This document shows positions 27,008 through 37,911 of a stretch of DNA of 64,000 nt, one piece after another. Where the stretch lies: the NCBI GenBank assembly GCA_964016885.1, contig OZ024743.1, positions 46,686,001 through 46,750,000 on the forward strand, written 5' to 3'. The DNA is from Eledone cirrhosa (lineage: Eukaryota). The notes beneath the pieces are model-generated. The model was not told the origin of the DNA and searched no databases. It was given only the letters and a program-made list of their open reading frames with translations. The translations under genes and the position numbers were made by a program. Numbering within the stretch: position 1 is the stretch's first letter; the number at the start of each line of letters is the position of its first letter.

Positions 27008-28719
27008 CTAAAATAAAATGAAGAAACAAAATTCTCAAAATATTTCAGTCTTAACCCTTTTGATACCAAACCGCCTGAAACATTGCCTCAACAAGAACCT
27101 CGTGTGGCCTGCAATCCTAAACTCTGCTTTAGCCGGGAAAATGGCCTTAAAATGCTTGTTATTGCTAGTTATATTACAAGACTCTTCCAAATTCTTCATT
27201 ACTTTGCAAATTATTTGAAAATCATCGGCAGCGTCTTTCATTAAAAATTTTATTTTAAAAAATTATTTCAATCTGTCACTAATGATCCTGATAAGTCTCC
27301 ATTAACTGGCTCAGCTCTCTTTGTTACGCCCCCATCTATTACTCACCCTCTTCTCTATATTCACAGTACCATGTTGTCTGTGTAATGAGGGATGACATTT
27401 CAGATCTGTCTGTATCTAACAGCCTTTACCATCACCCTCCTGTACTGGAAGCCATCACTCCCATTCACTCCCTCTCCCTCTTGCCATTTCACCCATCTTT
27501 ATTGCTATCTTTCACCTTACTCCCTCTCCTATCACTCGTTGACATACATTTTTCTCTCACACATCCACACACACACTTCTATTACACCTTCTTCTGTCAG
27601 ATTTATAAACTTTACTGTCCAAACAAATTACAGAAAAAAAAATTTTTTTTTTTAAATGATAAAAAAAAATTAAACGTAAACAGTCATGTTTTCAATATGA
27701 CATAAATCATCATTTTACATCTATTTCTCCAAGCTAGTATGGGCCAGACTGGTCTTAATGGTTCAATTCATTCCTTATTCTAAGTTTTTGCTCTTCTTCT
27801 TAGCTTGAGAATTATGTTTCGTACATACATTCTATTTTTAGCAAGGTTTCTTCAACTAAATTACCTTCCTAACATCAACCAGGTGATATACTGGTTGCAT
27901 TTTATTGTGAAACCAGCACTAGAGAGGTTGTCAAGTTCTCACAAAACGAAAGAGTTCATTCTATCTTACATTGTCTCCATTTATTTGCCAACCACTTTAC
28001 AGAATGTATTGATGTATTTTATCATGGCTCCAGCAGTAGGAAGGTTGTCATTTCCCCAACAAGATTAATGAGTCTTTCCTAACCTTTACTTTCACCAGCA
28101 CCAGAGGGTTATTTTGTCAGATAAAATTACAGAGAATTATCTAGTTCTTGTGTTGTCTCTGTACTTTCGTTTCTTTCTTCAGCACAAAACAAGAGGAAGA
28201 GGGTGAAAGAAGAAAGGGTAATGGAAGAGAGAGCGAGAAAATGAAACATGACTACATGATGGTTGTTGATAAAAAAATGGATAGAAACTGGGCAAGAGGG
28301 TAATAGATGAGAGAAATGATAAGAATGAGTGTGTGATAGAGAAAAGAAAGTGATAATTGTTAGAAAGGAGATTCCGTAGAAACAGCATGAGTTGTGGAAT
28401 GGGAGATAGAGAGTGATAGAGAAAAGAGTACTGGAAGTATAAGAGTAATGGCAGAGTGTGAAGCAAGAGAAAGACAACATGGTGGATATCAAAGATGAGT
28501 AATAGAAGCAGGAATAATGAAAGAGAAGGTGATGGATAGCTATGAAAATAGGTGATGTTATGAATATCAATGAGTGATATAATGGTAGGGAGTGAGAGTG
28601 ATAACTAGCAATGAGGAAGGGTGATAGGAAACAGGTGATGCAGAAGAGAGGTTGTCATATACAAGAATAATGAGAACTCTCTATGTTGTCTGTTCAATCA
28701 TCAACCACTTTACAGAATG

Positions 28720-31670
28720 TAAAAGATCTGGAAGCTGAAAGACCCCTCAGCCAGTAACTGATTTAAAGATATTTTACTCAACGCCTACGACAGTAGAGAA
28801 GAACAGATAGAGACAATCAATGTAGAAGAGCACTGGGAGTTCCTAAAAAATAACTTACTAGAGGCGACGGATGAGGTCTGTGGCTGGAGTAAGACCACAA
28901 GCAGGAGGAGAGTGACTTGGTGGTGGAACAATAAGGTAGGTGAAGCAGTTATGGCCAAGAGACAGGTATGGAAAGAATGGAAGAACGGGGGGAGCAGGGT
29001 ACATCATCATCATCATCATCAACGTTTAACGTCCGTGTTCCACGCTTGCATGGGTTTGGACGGGGGTAGTCCCACTTGAGGCAAGAGTGATTGTCTTGCT
29101 CGCATGGGACTATCTGGCAGGTTTTCTACAGTTGGATGCCCTTCCTAACACCAACCACATTTACAGTGTGGGTCTGGGAGGTTTTTACCGTGTTGCCTAC
29201 ACGGCCACATTACAGCGTGGACTGTGTGTTTTTTTGTCGTGACACCTACACGATCTCATTTATTTCGGCCTGGATGGCGCGGCACCAACATAACTTTACA
29301 TAGAATGGGGTGGTGTGGATGGGGTGGGGGTGGTGGGACGGGGTGTATTTTGTTAGAGATGCCTACTGGCTGGAGTAGGTTTTACTATATACATTACATA
29401 GAAACCAAGAGGGAAGCTAGGCGACAAGTATACTTAACTAGGAGGGAAGCAGAGGATAGAAAATTCAAGTATGTTTTGCAACTTGAGGACCAGAAACAGG
29501 TGGTGTTCAAGATTGCGAGGCAGTGTGTCAGAGAGAATTGTGATGTCATTGGAGAGAAGTGTATCCAGAATGATAAAGTTGAGCTTGCCCTCACAAGTGC
29601 TGAGAAGAAAGATGCATGGAAGAGCCACTATGATAGATTACTAAATGAGGAGAATGCATGGGAAGAAGAGACCCTACCCCAAGTAGACCCTATAGAGGGG
29701 CCAGCAGTACAAGTCAGCAGCAGCGTAGTAAGTAAGGCAATCAAAGATATGAAGATGGGGAAGGCAACCAGTCCACCGGGTATAGCTGCCGAGATGCTGA
29801 AGGCATCTGGGTCTGTAGGTCACACTATAACCACACGTATTGTTAACCAGGTAATACTAGAAGGTGTCATATCAAAAGATTGGTGCAGTAGCATCATTGT
29901 CAACTGCTACAAAGGTAAAGGTGATACACTAAATAGAGGAAACTATAGAGGTATAAAGCTGATGGACCAGGTCATGAAAGTAACAGAAAGAGTTATAGCA
30001 CAGTTGATTAGGGACCGGATGAACCTAGATGAGATGCAATTTGGGTTTGTACCAGGAAGAGGCACCACTGATGCCCTCTTCCTTGTGAGGCAGTTACAGG
30101 AAAAGTACCTAGCTAAAAGTAAGCCACTCTACCTGGCATTCGTCGATCTCGAGAAAGCCTTTGACAGAGTTCCACGTGCTGTAATCTGGTGGGCTCTTAG
30201 AAAACTAGGAGTAGATGAATGGCTTGTGAAAGCTGTACAAGCCATGTATAGGGGAGCAGTCAGCAAAGTTAGGATTAGCAATGAGTATAGCGAGGAATTT
30301 AGCGTACAGGTTGGTGTCCACCAGGGCTCTGTTCTTAGCCCTCTCCTGTTCATCATAGTCCTGCAGGCAATAACGGAAGAGTTTAAGACCATGGGAACTC
30401 CTGTATGCTGATGACCTCGCACTTATAGCTGAATCTATGGTAGAACTAGAGAAGAAATTCCAAACTTGGAAGCAGGGACTAGAAAGAAAGGGTCTCAAAG
30501 GCAACATGACAAAGACTAAGGTCCTTGTAAGTAGACGAGAAAACAGAAACCAGATCCCCTCAGGGAAATGGCCTTGCTCAGTATGTAGGAAAGGTGTAGG
30601 TAGGAACTCCATTCTCTGCCCCAAATGCAAACAATGGGTACACACAAGAGATGTAGCGGGATCTCAGGAAGCTTAATAACGAATGTAGGTTTCACATGCA
30701 GCAGCTGTGCTGGGACAGCAAGCAGCAAACAGCCACAGGAAACAAGTACCACCAATCTCTGGGAGGGCTCTGTAGAAACAGTAGACAGTTTCTGCTACCT
30801 AGGTGACCGAATTAGCAGCGGAGGTGGGTGTTCAGAAAGTACAATAACTAGGGTAAGAACGGGATGGAAGAAGTTCAGGGAACTATTACCACTGCTAGCT
30901 GCAAAAGGCTTCTCCCTCAAAATGAAAGGCAGACTGTATGATGCGTGTATCCGAACAGCAATGTTACATGGTAGTGAGACCTGGGCGCTGAAGTTGGAAG
31001 ACTTACGTAGATTAGAAAGAAACGAAGCCTGCATGCTCCGATGTATGTGTAATAGTAATATACGCGAACGACAAAGCATAAATAAATTGAGAGAGAGACT
31101 GAGCATAAGAGGAATCAAAAGCTGTGTGCAGGAGAGGCAGTTGCGTTGGCATGGACATGTGATGCTTATGAAGGATGACAGCTGCATAAAAAGGTGCAGA
31201 GCACTAGAAGTCAATGGAAACCGCGGAGTGGGGAGACCCAAGACCTGGGATGAGGTGATAAAAGCCAACCTTACCCAATTACACCTCTGAAAGGCGATGA
31301 CACATGACCGTGACCTCTGGCGTCACGCAGTAATACAGAGTACCCGACCTCCCATGGGTACAAGCTGAAGCATACAGACAATATGCCCCCCCACCCTCCC
31401 ACTTCAAGGTGGTCGTAGAGGTGCCACGGCAAAAAAGCACCCAGCCCACACTGTAAAGTGGACGTGTAGGCGCCATGGAAAAAGCACCCAGCACTCACAG
31501 TAAATGAGGTTGGTGTTAGGAAGGACATCCAGCTGTAGAAATCAAGCCAAAATCAGTTCCTGTGTGAGCAAGGCATGGTCAGCCGACCAAACACTGCCCA
31601 CAACAGGACAACCCGTCTAACCCATGCTAGCATGGAAAAACGGACGTAAAATGGTGATGATGATGATGAT
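28720..31670 (+). mobile_element. RTE-clade LINE, subfamily A, 5'-truncated and frameshifted
   Basis: RT motifs [49 protein letters not shown]; PHD-like Cys cluster CSVC...CPKCKQWVH; (GAT)n tail. Has an 8-bp deletion near 30390 relative to the 38149 copy. Confidence 0.95.
29005..29389 (-). mobile_element. RTE subfamily B 3' UTR inserted antisense into the subfamily A LINE
   Basis: Near-identical to 56644-57033; flanked by a TACAT duplication (29000-04, 29390-94); the host frame GGSRVH-YIETKRE is restored on removal. Confidence 0.88.
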
Positions 31671-32323
31671 TGGGTGCATTTATTTGTAGGAAAAGCACTA
31701 GAGAATTGTCTTGTCCACTGCAAGACTAAGGGGACATCATGACACCATGCAGTCTCCATTCTTTCAAGGCAAATAGGACTGGGAGGGTAATGGCTAAGTG
31801 CTGAAAGTGTAGAGCAAATGTATTAAACCTTTTGATATCAAACCACTTGAACTTGTCCCTGTGTCTATGAAAAAAAAAGTGTTTACATTTCTATAAAAAC
31901 TTTCCATCATAATCTTATGTAAGAAACTTTGTTATCACCCAAACACTAGTTTAATAATGAGAAATTTAATTATATTGCAAAATTCCTCCAAATTCTTGAT
32001 TATTTTCAAAATTATAGGCAATGTCTTTCGTAAGAAATTTAGTAATGAAAGGATTAACCCTTTTGATATTAATCCACCTGAAACTGACTCTGGTTTTATG
32101 ATACAAAATTGCTCATTTTAAAATGATCATATTTAAATTAAAACCTTCCCTCATAATTTTATGCACAAACCTTTTTAAAGAATGTTCCAAATACTAGCTT
32201 AATAATGAGAAAGTCAGTTATATTACTAAAATTTTCCAAATTCTTGATTATTTTCAAACCAAATTGAAATGCATGTACTATGTATCATTCATATGTAAAA
32301 AAAAAAAGGTTAAATAACAATAC

Positions 32324-32536
32324 CTTTCTCAGGTGTATCTTCATTCTCAACTGAGTCTGGTTTCTGACCAAGAGCTAATAACCGCGCAACACTTGGATGT
32401 TTAGTTTGTGGGTCAGTCTTCTTAGGTCGAGATCGTTGTTTCTTCTTCATCGCCATACTAGCAGTTATATTTTGAATATGCTGCAATCCTGATGCTGACA
32501 ATGTTACACCTTCATAAATATATTGTCTTGGCAATT
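32324..32536 (-). CDS. KMT2C: KMT2C/D-like exon, 213 nt, phase 1-1
   Basis: tttacag|AA TTG CCA ... GAG AAA G|gtattg. Reads ELPRQYIYEGVTLSASGLQHIQNITASMAMKKKQRSRPKK, resembling the KMT2C DGVCLTESGM...RRKRSKPK segment after the PHD cluster (recalled, not searched). Confidence 0.85.
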
Positions 32537-32637
32537 CTGTAAATACATTAGGTACCATTAAAAGACTTTGTATTTATACAATCATAAAATGAAATTTTAA
32601 TAAAATCAATTCATACACACACATACATACATACATA

Positions 32638-32947
32638 TCATCATCATCATCACCACCATTTTACGTCCGTTCTTCCACGCTAGCATGGGTTAGACGGGTT
32701 GTCCTGTTGTGGGCAGTGTCCAGTCGGCTGACCTTGTCTTGCCCATACGGAATTGATTCTGGCTTGATTTCTACAGCTGGATGCCCTTCCTAACACCAAC
32801 CCCATTTACAGTGAGTGCTGGGTGCTTTTTTTTTCGTGGCGCCTACACGTCCACTATACAGTGTGGGTTGGGTGCTTTTTTGCCGTGGCACCTCCACGAC
32901 ACTTTGCAGTGAGAGGGGGTGGGGGCATATTGTCTATATGCTTCAGC
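32638..32947 (-). mobile_element. RTE subfamily A 3' UTR fragment; similar at 36253-36632(-), 44359-44805(+), 20303-20500(-), 22305-22550(+), 26395-26545(+)
   Basis: Reverse complement of 31370-31670 with (CAT)n tail. Confidence 0.88.
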
Positions 32948-32997
32948 TTCGGCTTGCACCTGTGGGAATATACTTTTATATTTATACACATACATAT

Positions 32998-33845
32998 ATA
33001 TTCAACGTAGTTATTCAACAGATTCATCTCAGGAGAGTTATGAGGCCATATCTTATGAGTGACATGATTGTGGAGATTCTAACTCATCTTGGCCTTAGAA
33101 GATGACACAGTCTTCTTGGTAAGTGTACAGCCTTCCTTTGCTCACGTTCTCTCTCCAAGGCCTCACAACCCTCTCCAACACCTCCTTACAGTCAGCAACA
33201 TTGATACCTAAGCCCAGCGGAAGCGGTAAGGAGACATTATATCTCCCTTATTGCTTGCAACTCCAAAAACCATCACAGTTGATAGAAACTGTGTACATGA
33301 CTGTTGGAACATCTATAGGGTCTCTGCATATCCATTTAACATTCCTTCGGTTGATCTTTTGGTCTTGATCAATGTGTTTCTCATCAGAGAAAGAGAAAAA
33401 CTAAAGCATTCCAGGCTCATAATGTTTGAACTTGCTCAACAAGCGCTTTGCACATATCAGACAGAGTTATCTTTTGTCTTGGCAGACATAAATTGTATCT
33501 TCCAGTAGTGTGCTCTGAAACCTTCAGCTCCTTGGCAATGGTGCTAATTAACTTACTGGAGTTCCTATCGATAATTGCCACACAAATTTGGTATTAGGAC
33601 ACTTAGCAGGTGTTTTACACTTGGTTACTGTTGTAAAATTCCCCCTTTCAGTGGCTTCTAGCTCTTTGCGAACTTTGACAACAAATAACCATACATCTTT
33701 CAGGAAACAAACAATCTTTAAGTCACTATGCTCGGCATTTAAGGCAATGATTTCAGTGTGCTTTTACATTTACTTAACTTGATATCTGTCATGAGGCCTG
33801 TGAGGCTAACCCCTGTTTAGCTAGGAAATTGCTTTAAAACACGTG
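32998..33845 (-). pseudogene. Tc1/mariner (maT/DD37D-like) transposase relic
   Basis: Minus-strand peptides FSDEKHIDQDQKINRRNVKWICRDPIDVPTVM and WPHNSPEMNLLNNY (cf. WPPNSPDLNPLDY); multiple stops and frameshifts. Confidence 0.85.
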
Positions 33846-34246
33846 TGAGAGAGATGGGGAGGGGGAGAGAGAGTTACCGCAACCCATGTTAGCGTGGAAG
33901 ATAGACGTTAAACGATGATGATGATGATGATCAAATCTACATTTATAAAAGACAGCATAGCAGTTCAATAAACACCAAGAGTATATATATTCTGTGAAAA
34001 ATACCCTATGGGTTGGCAAGAAATATATCTGGTCATGGAAAACCTGCCTCATAAAGTTTTATACAAACGTGAAAAAAGCAATGAAAATGATGATGATGAC
34101 GAAAAGACTTTGTATTTATCTTCATGATAAAATGCACTGATCATACTCTGTAAAGTGGTAGTGCAAGTGCCAACACCAAACATAAAATGATGATGGTAAA
34201 GAGGAAAAAAAAAAAAAAGCATCATATAAATGGAGCTGTTTCCTAC

Positions 34247-34456
34247 CTGGAATAGGTTGGGGCCATTTTTTTGGTTCAACCTTTTTTTCTTCAACTTCCT
34301 TAGGTATAACAACTGGTGAGGGACATCTGACTTTTTCCTCTTCTGGCTCAGGAGGTGGTGGTGGAGGAGGAAGTGCTGGAGGTGGTGGCGGTGGTGGTGG
34401 TGGTGGTGGTGGAGGTGGTGGTGGCGGCGGCGGTGGTGGTGGTGGAGTAGGAGGTA
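34247..34456 (-). CDS. KMT2C: KMT2C/D-like exon (first in window), polyproline-rich, 210 nt, phase 1-1
   Basis: Acceptor ttttcag| at 34457-58 and donor CCAG|gtagga at 34246. Reads xPPT(P23)ALPPPPPPPEPEEEKVRCPSPVVIPKEVEEKKVEPKKWPQPIP and splices in frame to the next exon (G+AA=E). Confidence 0.8.
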
Positions 34457-34544
34457 CTGAAAAATAATTTAGATCATAAAAAAAAAAAAGATTAGTTAAT
34501 TCAATCAAATTAATTATTTCCTAAATAAAATTTAAAAAAAAAAA

Positions 34545-35480
34545 GATAACAAACCAATCATCAGATCGAACTAAGGAAATTACGGCACGCTGATGTGATT
34601 GCAGATCAGTGTGAGATATGCATACTTTTGTGCATAAGGAACAATTAAACGCTATTGCTATTAATCTCATTTTTACAAACTTTACTTTTCGTTTCATTAT
34701 GCTTAACTCTATCAAGCTCAAAATCTTTAACACTGCTCCAAAATATAGTTTGCCAATATAATTTAAGACATTTCAAATTTGATTTTAAAGAGTTTTTGTA
34801 TCTTTTCTTTGGCTTACTATTTTTTTCTTTTTCCCAGCATAAACTCGCCATAAAACATTTGCTTGGGGATGAGCTCATCAAACACTGGGATAGTTTGACC
34901 TTCTGCTACACTTTTTTCCAAACAGAACTGTAACTAAATCTACTTTCATTGAACTGACCATCTCCATATAGGTGTGTTTCAGAAAGAGCTACTATATCTA
35001 ATGAATATGTTTTTAACTCCTGGGTAATCAATGTGGTTCAACAACCAAGTTTCATTGTGTTTAACCTATTAGGTTCATCATTTGACCAGTGGCAGGATAA
35101 TGACCGGGCCCAGCCTGTGACATACTGGAGCACCTGCTGAGCCAGATCTGTTCGCGAGTCATTCCAAAGCCCTTATTGCCGTGTACCAATTTTGTTTTAG
35201 ACACTTCCAATGGGTTTAAAGTGCCTTTTAAGATTACTGCTAACCATATGGGTGATATTAACCAAGCTTATAGTATTTAAGTACCTGTACAGTTACACAT
35301 ATTTTGAGTGGACATAGCCTGCACAGAATTACCCCACTTCTTAACCATAGAAGATTTTATTAGTGTGACATATAGAATGACAAGACCAAGAACTTCAAAG
35401 GTCTCAGGCTTTTATTTCAGAGTTTACCATCTCCTGGACTAGTTGACCAAGCTGTAGAGTTCACTCTACCCTATGAGTCA
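34545..35480 (-). mobile_element. Internally deleted RTE: 5' UTR plus endonuclease start fused to C-terminus
   Basis: 5' motif ctagtccaggagatggtaaactctga; peptide LITQELKTYSLDIVALSETHLYGDGQF (APE N-terminus) joined to DELIPKQMFYGE..KPKKRYKNSLKSNLK and CSLCTKVCISHTDLQSHQR. Confidence 0.8.
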
Positions 35481-35654
35481 AAGATTCCTAAAATACTAAA
35501 AATACAGCCCTGAGAAGGGGACTCTCAGCAATCAGAGAGCTGATATTATAGCAGTGTTATAAAATAATGATATACAATACAAAATAAAAATAATAATGAT
35601 ATACAATAATAAAAAATAAAATAATAATAAACAATATATAAAATAATAAGAAAC

Positions 35655-35760
35655 AATGTTGGAGACGCAGGACATGGCAGCGATAATGAGGGACAGAGAC
35701 CGCTGGAGAGAACTCGTCCATGGATCTCGGGAATTTTACCCGCCTTAGATGAGAGGTAGA
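35655..35760 (+). mobile_element. Short RTE-like C-terminal fragment
   Basis: LETQDMAAIMRDRDRWRELVHGSREFYPP* (DR..WR motif). Confidence 0.5.
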
Positions 35761-35919
35761 TATTTTAAAATAAAACAAAATAAAATAAAATGTTTAAAAC
35801 AAACGTTAGAAATTAAAACACGCACACACCAACACCCATACACAATAAACACATATATACACACTATTGGATAGGCATTGACTCTCACAAGTTCCTCCAC
35901 CTTTTTTGACAGGTTTAGT

Positions 35920-36200
35920 TGTAGAGGCACTATTCCTCCTTTTCTCAAGATTTTTGGTATATATCGTTTGAAAATCTTTTGACAGATTTCATGCAGCGCA
36001 TAGTTCTTGCATACTTTCCAACTCTTTGTTGTTTTGCGTCAACTTGATTGCATTTTTCAACTCCTGCATTGTAAAATCACCAATATAAATAGGGAGCAGG
36101 TTATATCCTATTAATATTTCCTTCAACTATCAAGGAAGGTTGTCCAAGTAACTTAGAAAGATGCTTCTTCCACAACTTTACTTTCTCCTTAGGGTTTTCA
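35920..36200 (-). mobile_element. RTE-like ORF fragment just upstream of the RT domain
   Basis: KVKLWKKHLSKLLGQP..IGDFTMQELKNAIK..LHEICQKIF..RKGGIVPL with frameshifts. Confidence 0.6.
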
Positions 36201-36698
36201 GTTTTATATATTACTACATATACACACCCATACATATATTTACATACATACTCATCATCATCATCCTCATCATCATCATCATCATCACCGTTTTACGTCT
36301 GTTCTTCCACGCTAGCATGGGTTAGACGGGTTGTCCTGTTGTGGGCAGTGTCTGGTCGGCTGACCATGCCTTGCTCATACAGGAACTGATTTGGCTTGAT
36401 TTCTACAGCTGGATGCCCTTCCTAACACCAACCTCATTTACAGTGAGTGCTGGGTGCTTTTTCGTGGCGCCTATACGTCCACTTTACAGTGTGGGCTGGG
36501 TGCTTTTTTGCCGTGGCCCCACCACGACCACCTTGCGGTGGGGGGTGTGGGGGCATATTGTCTATATGCTTCAGCTTGTACCCATGGGAGGTCGGGTACT
36601 CTGTATTACTGCGTGACGCCAGAAGTCATGGTCGTCCATACATATATTTACATACATACTCATCAATACATATATTTACATACATACTCATCCATATA

Positions 36699-36734
<36 letters not shown>

Positions 36735-37322
36735 CACACACATATATATACATATACATATATATATACACACACACACACATCTATACACACATATACA
36801 CATATATATACAAAAATACATATATTTATATATATATATATATATATACACATATATACACATAAATATATATATATATATATACACATATATATAGACC
36901 GGGTGATGTGTTGTTTCCTTGAGCAAGACACTTTATTTCACATTGCTCTAGTTTACTCAGCTGTAGAAATGAGATGATAGGGACTGGGGTCCCTATCATT
37001 CCACTGCAAAGTGGTCGTGGCGGTGCCACGGCAAAAAAGCACCCAGCACTCACTGTAAATGAGGTTGGTGTTAGGAAGGGCATCCAGCTGTAGAAATCAA
37101 GCCAGAATCGGTTCGCGTCGCACCCTTGCAAGCAGGGAAAAGCGGACGTAAAATGAAATGATAATGATATATATACACACACACATATATATACATATAT
37201 ATATACACACACATATATATATACATACACACACACATATATATATACATACACATATATATATACATACACACACATATATACATACACACACATATAT
37301 ACATACACACACATATATACAT

Positions 37323-37373
<51 letters not shown>

Positions 37374-37416
37374 CACAAACATATATATATATTAGAATTG
37401 TAGCTCTGAAATAGCA

Positions 37417-37592
37417 ATATATATATGGATGTAAATATAATGTATTTTGCAATACACTTTATGCTTAATTAAAAGCATTTTGAAGACCGTAAGCTATTTG
37501 TCACTACTTTAAAACAATAGCTTACGGTCTTCAAAATGCTTTTAATTAAGCATAAAGTGTATTGCAAAATACATTATATTTACATCCATATA

Positions 37593-37597
<5 letters not shown>
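37417..37597. repeat. Perfect palindrome, 82-bp arms (72 bp excluding TA) with 17-nt loop
   Basis: ggatgtaaatataatgtattttgcaatac...cgtaagctatt / aatagcttacg...gtattgcaaaatacattatatttacatcc. Confidence 0.95.
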
Positions 37598-37626
<29 letters not shown>

Positions 37627-37633
37627 CACAAAC

Positions 37634-37699
<66 letters not shown>

Positions 37700-37702
37700 G
37701 TG

Positions 37703-37733
<31 letters not shown>

Positions 37734-37779
37734 ACACACACATATATATATACACATATATATATATACACACACACAC

Positions 37780-37834
<55 letters not shown>

Positions 37835-37911
37835 TATATACATACACACACACACACACATATATACATATATATATATATACACACACACACATATATA
37901 TACATATATAT

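Noticed and set aside
28127-28570. 147-aa hydrophobic ORF
   Set aside because: Low-complexity translation of a purine/pyrimidine-skewed tract; no splice or homology support.
29224-30411. 395-aa ORF as an intact reverse transcriptase gene
   Set aside because: N-terminus comes from an antisense insertion, the frame breaks before YADD and there is no endonuclease domain.
30560-30720. PHD-like Cys/His cluster as a KMT2C PHD exon
   Set aside because: Wrong strand here, and repeated inside each RTE copy; it is part of the LINE protein.
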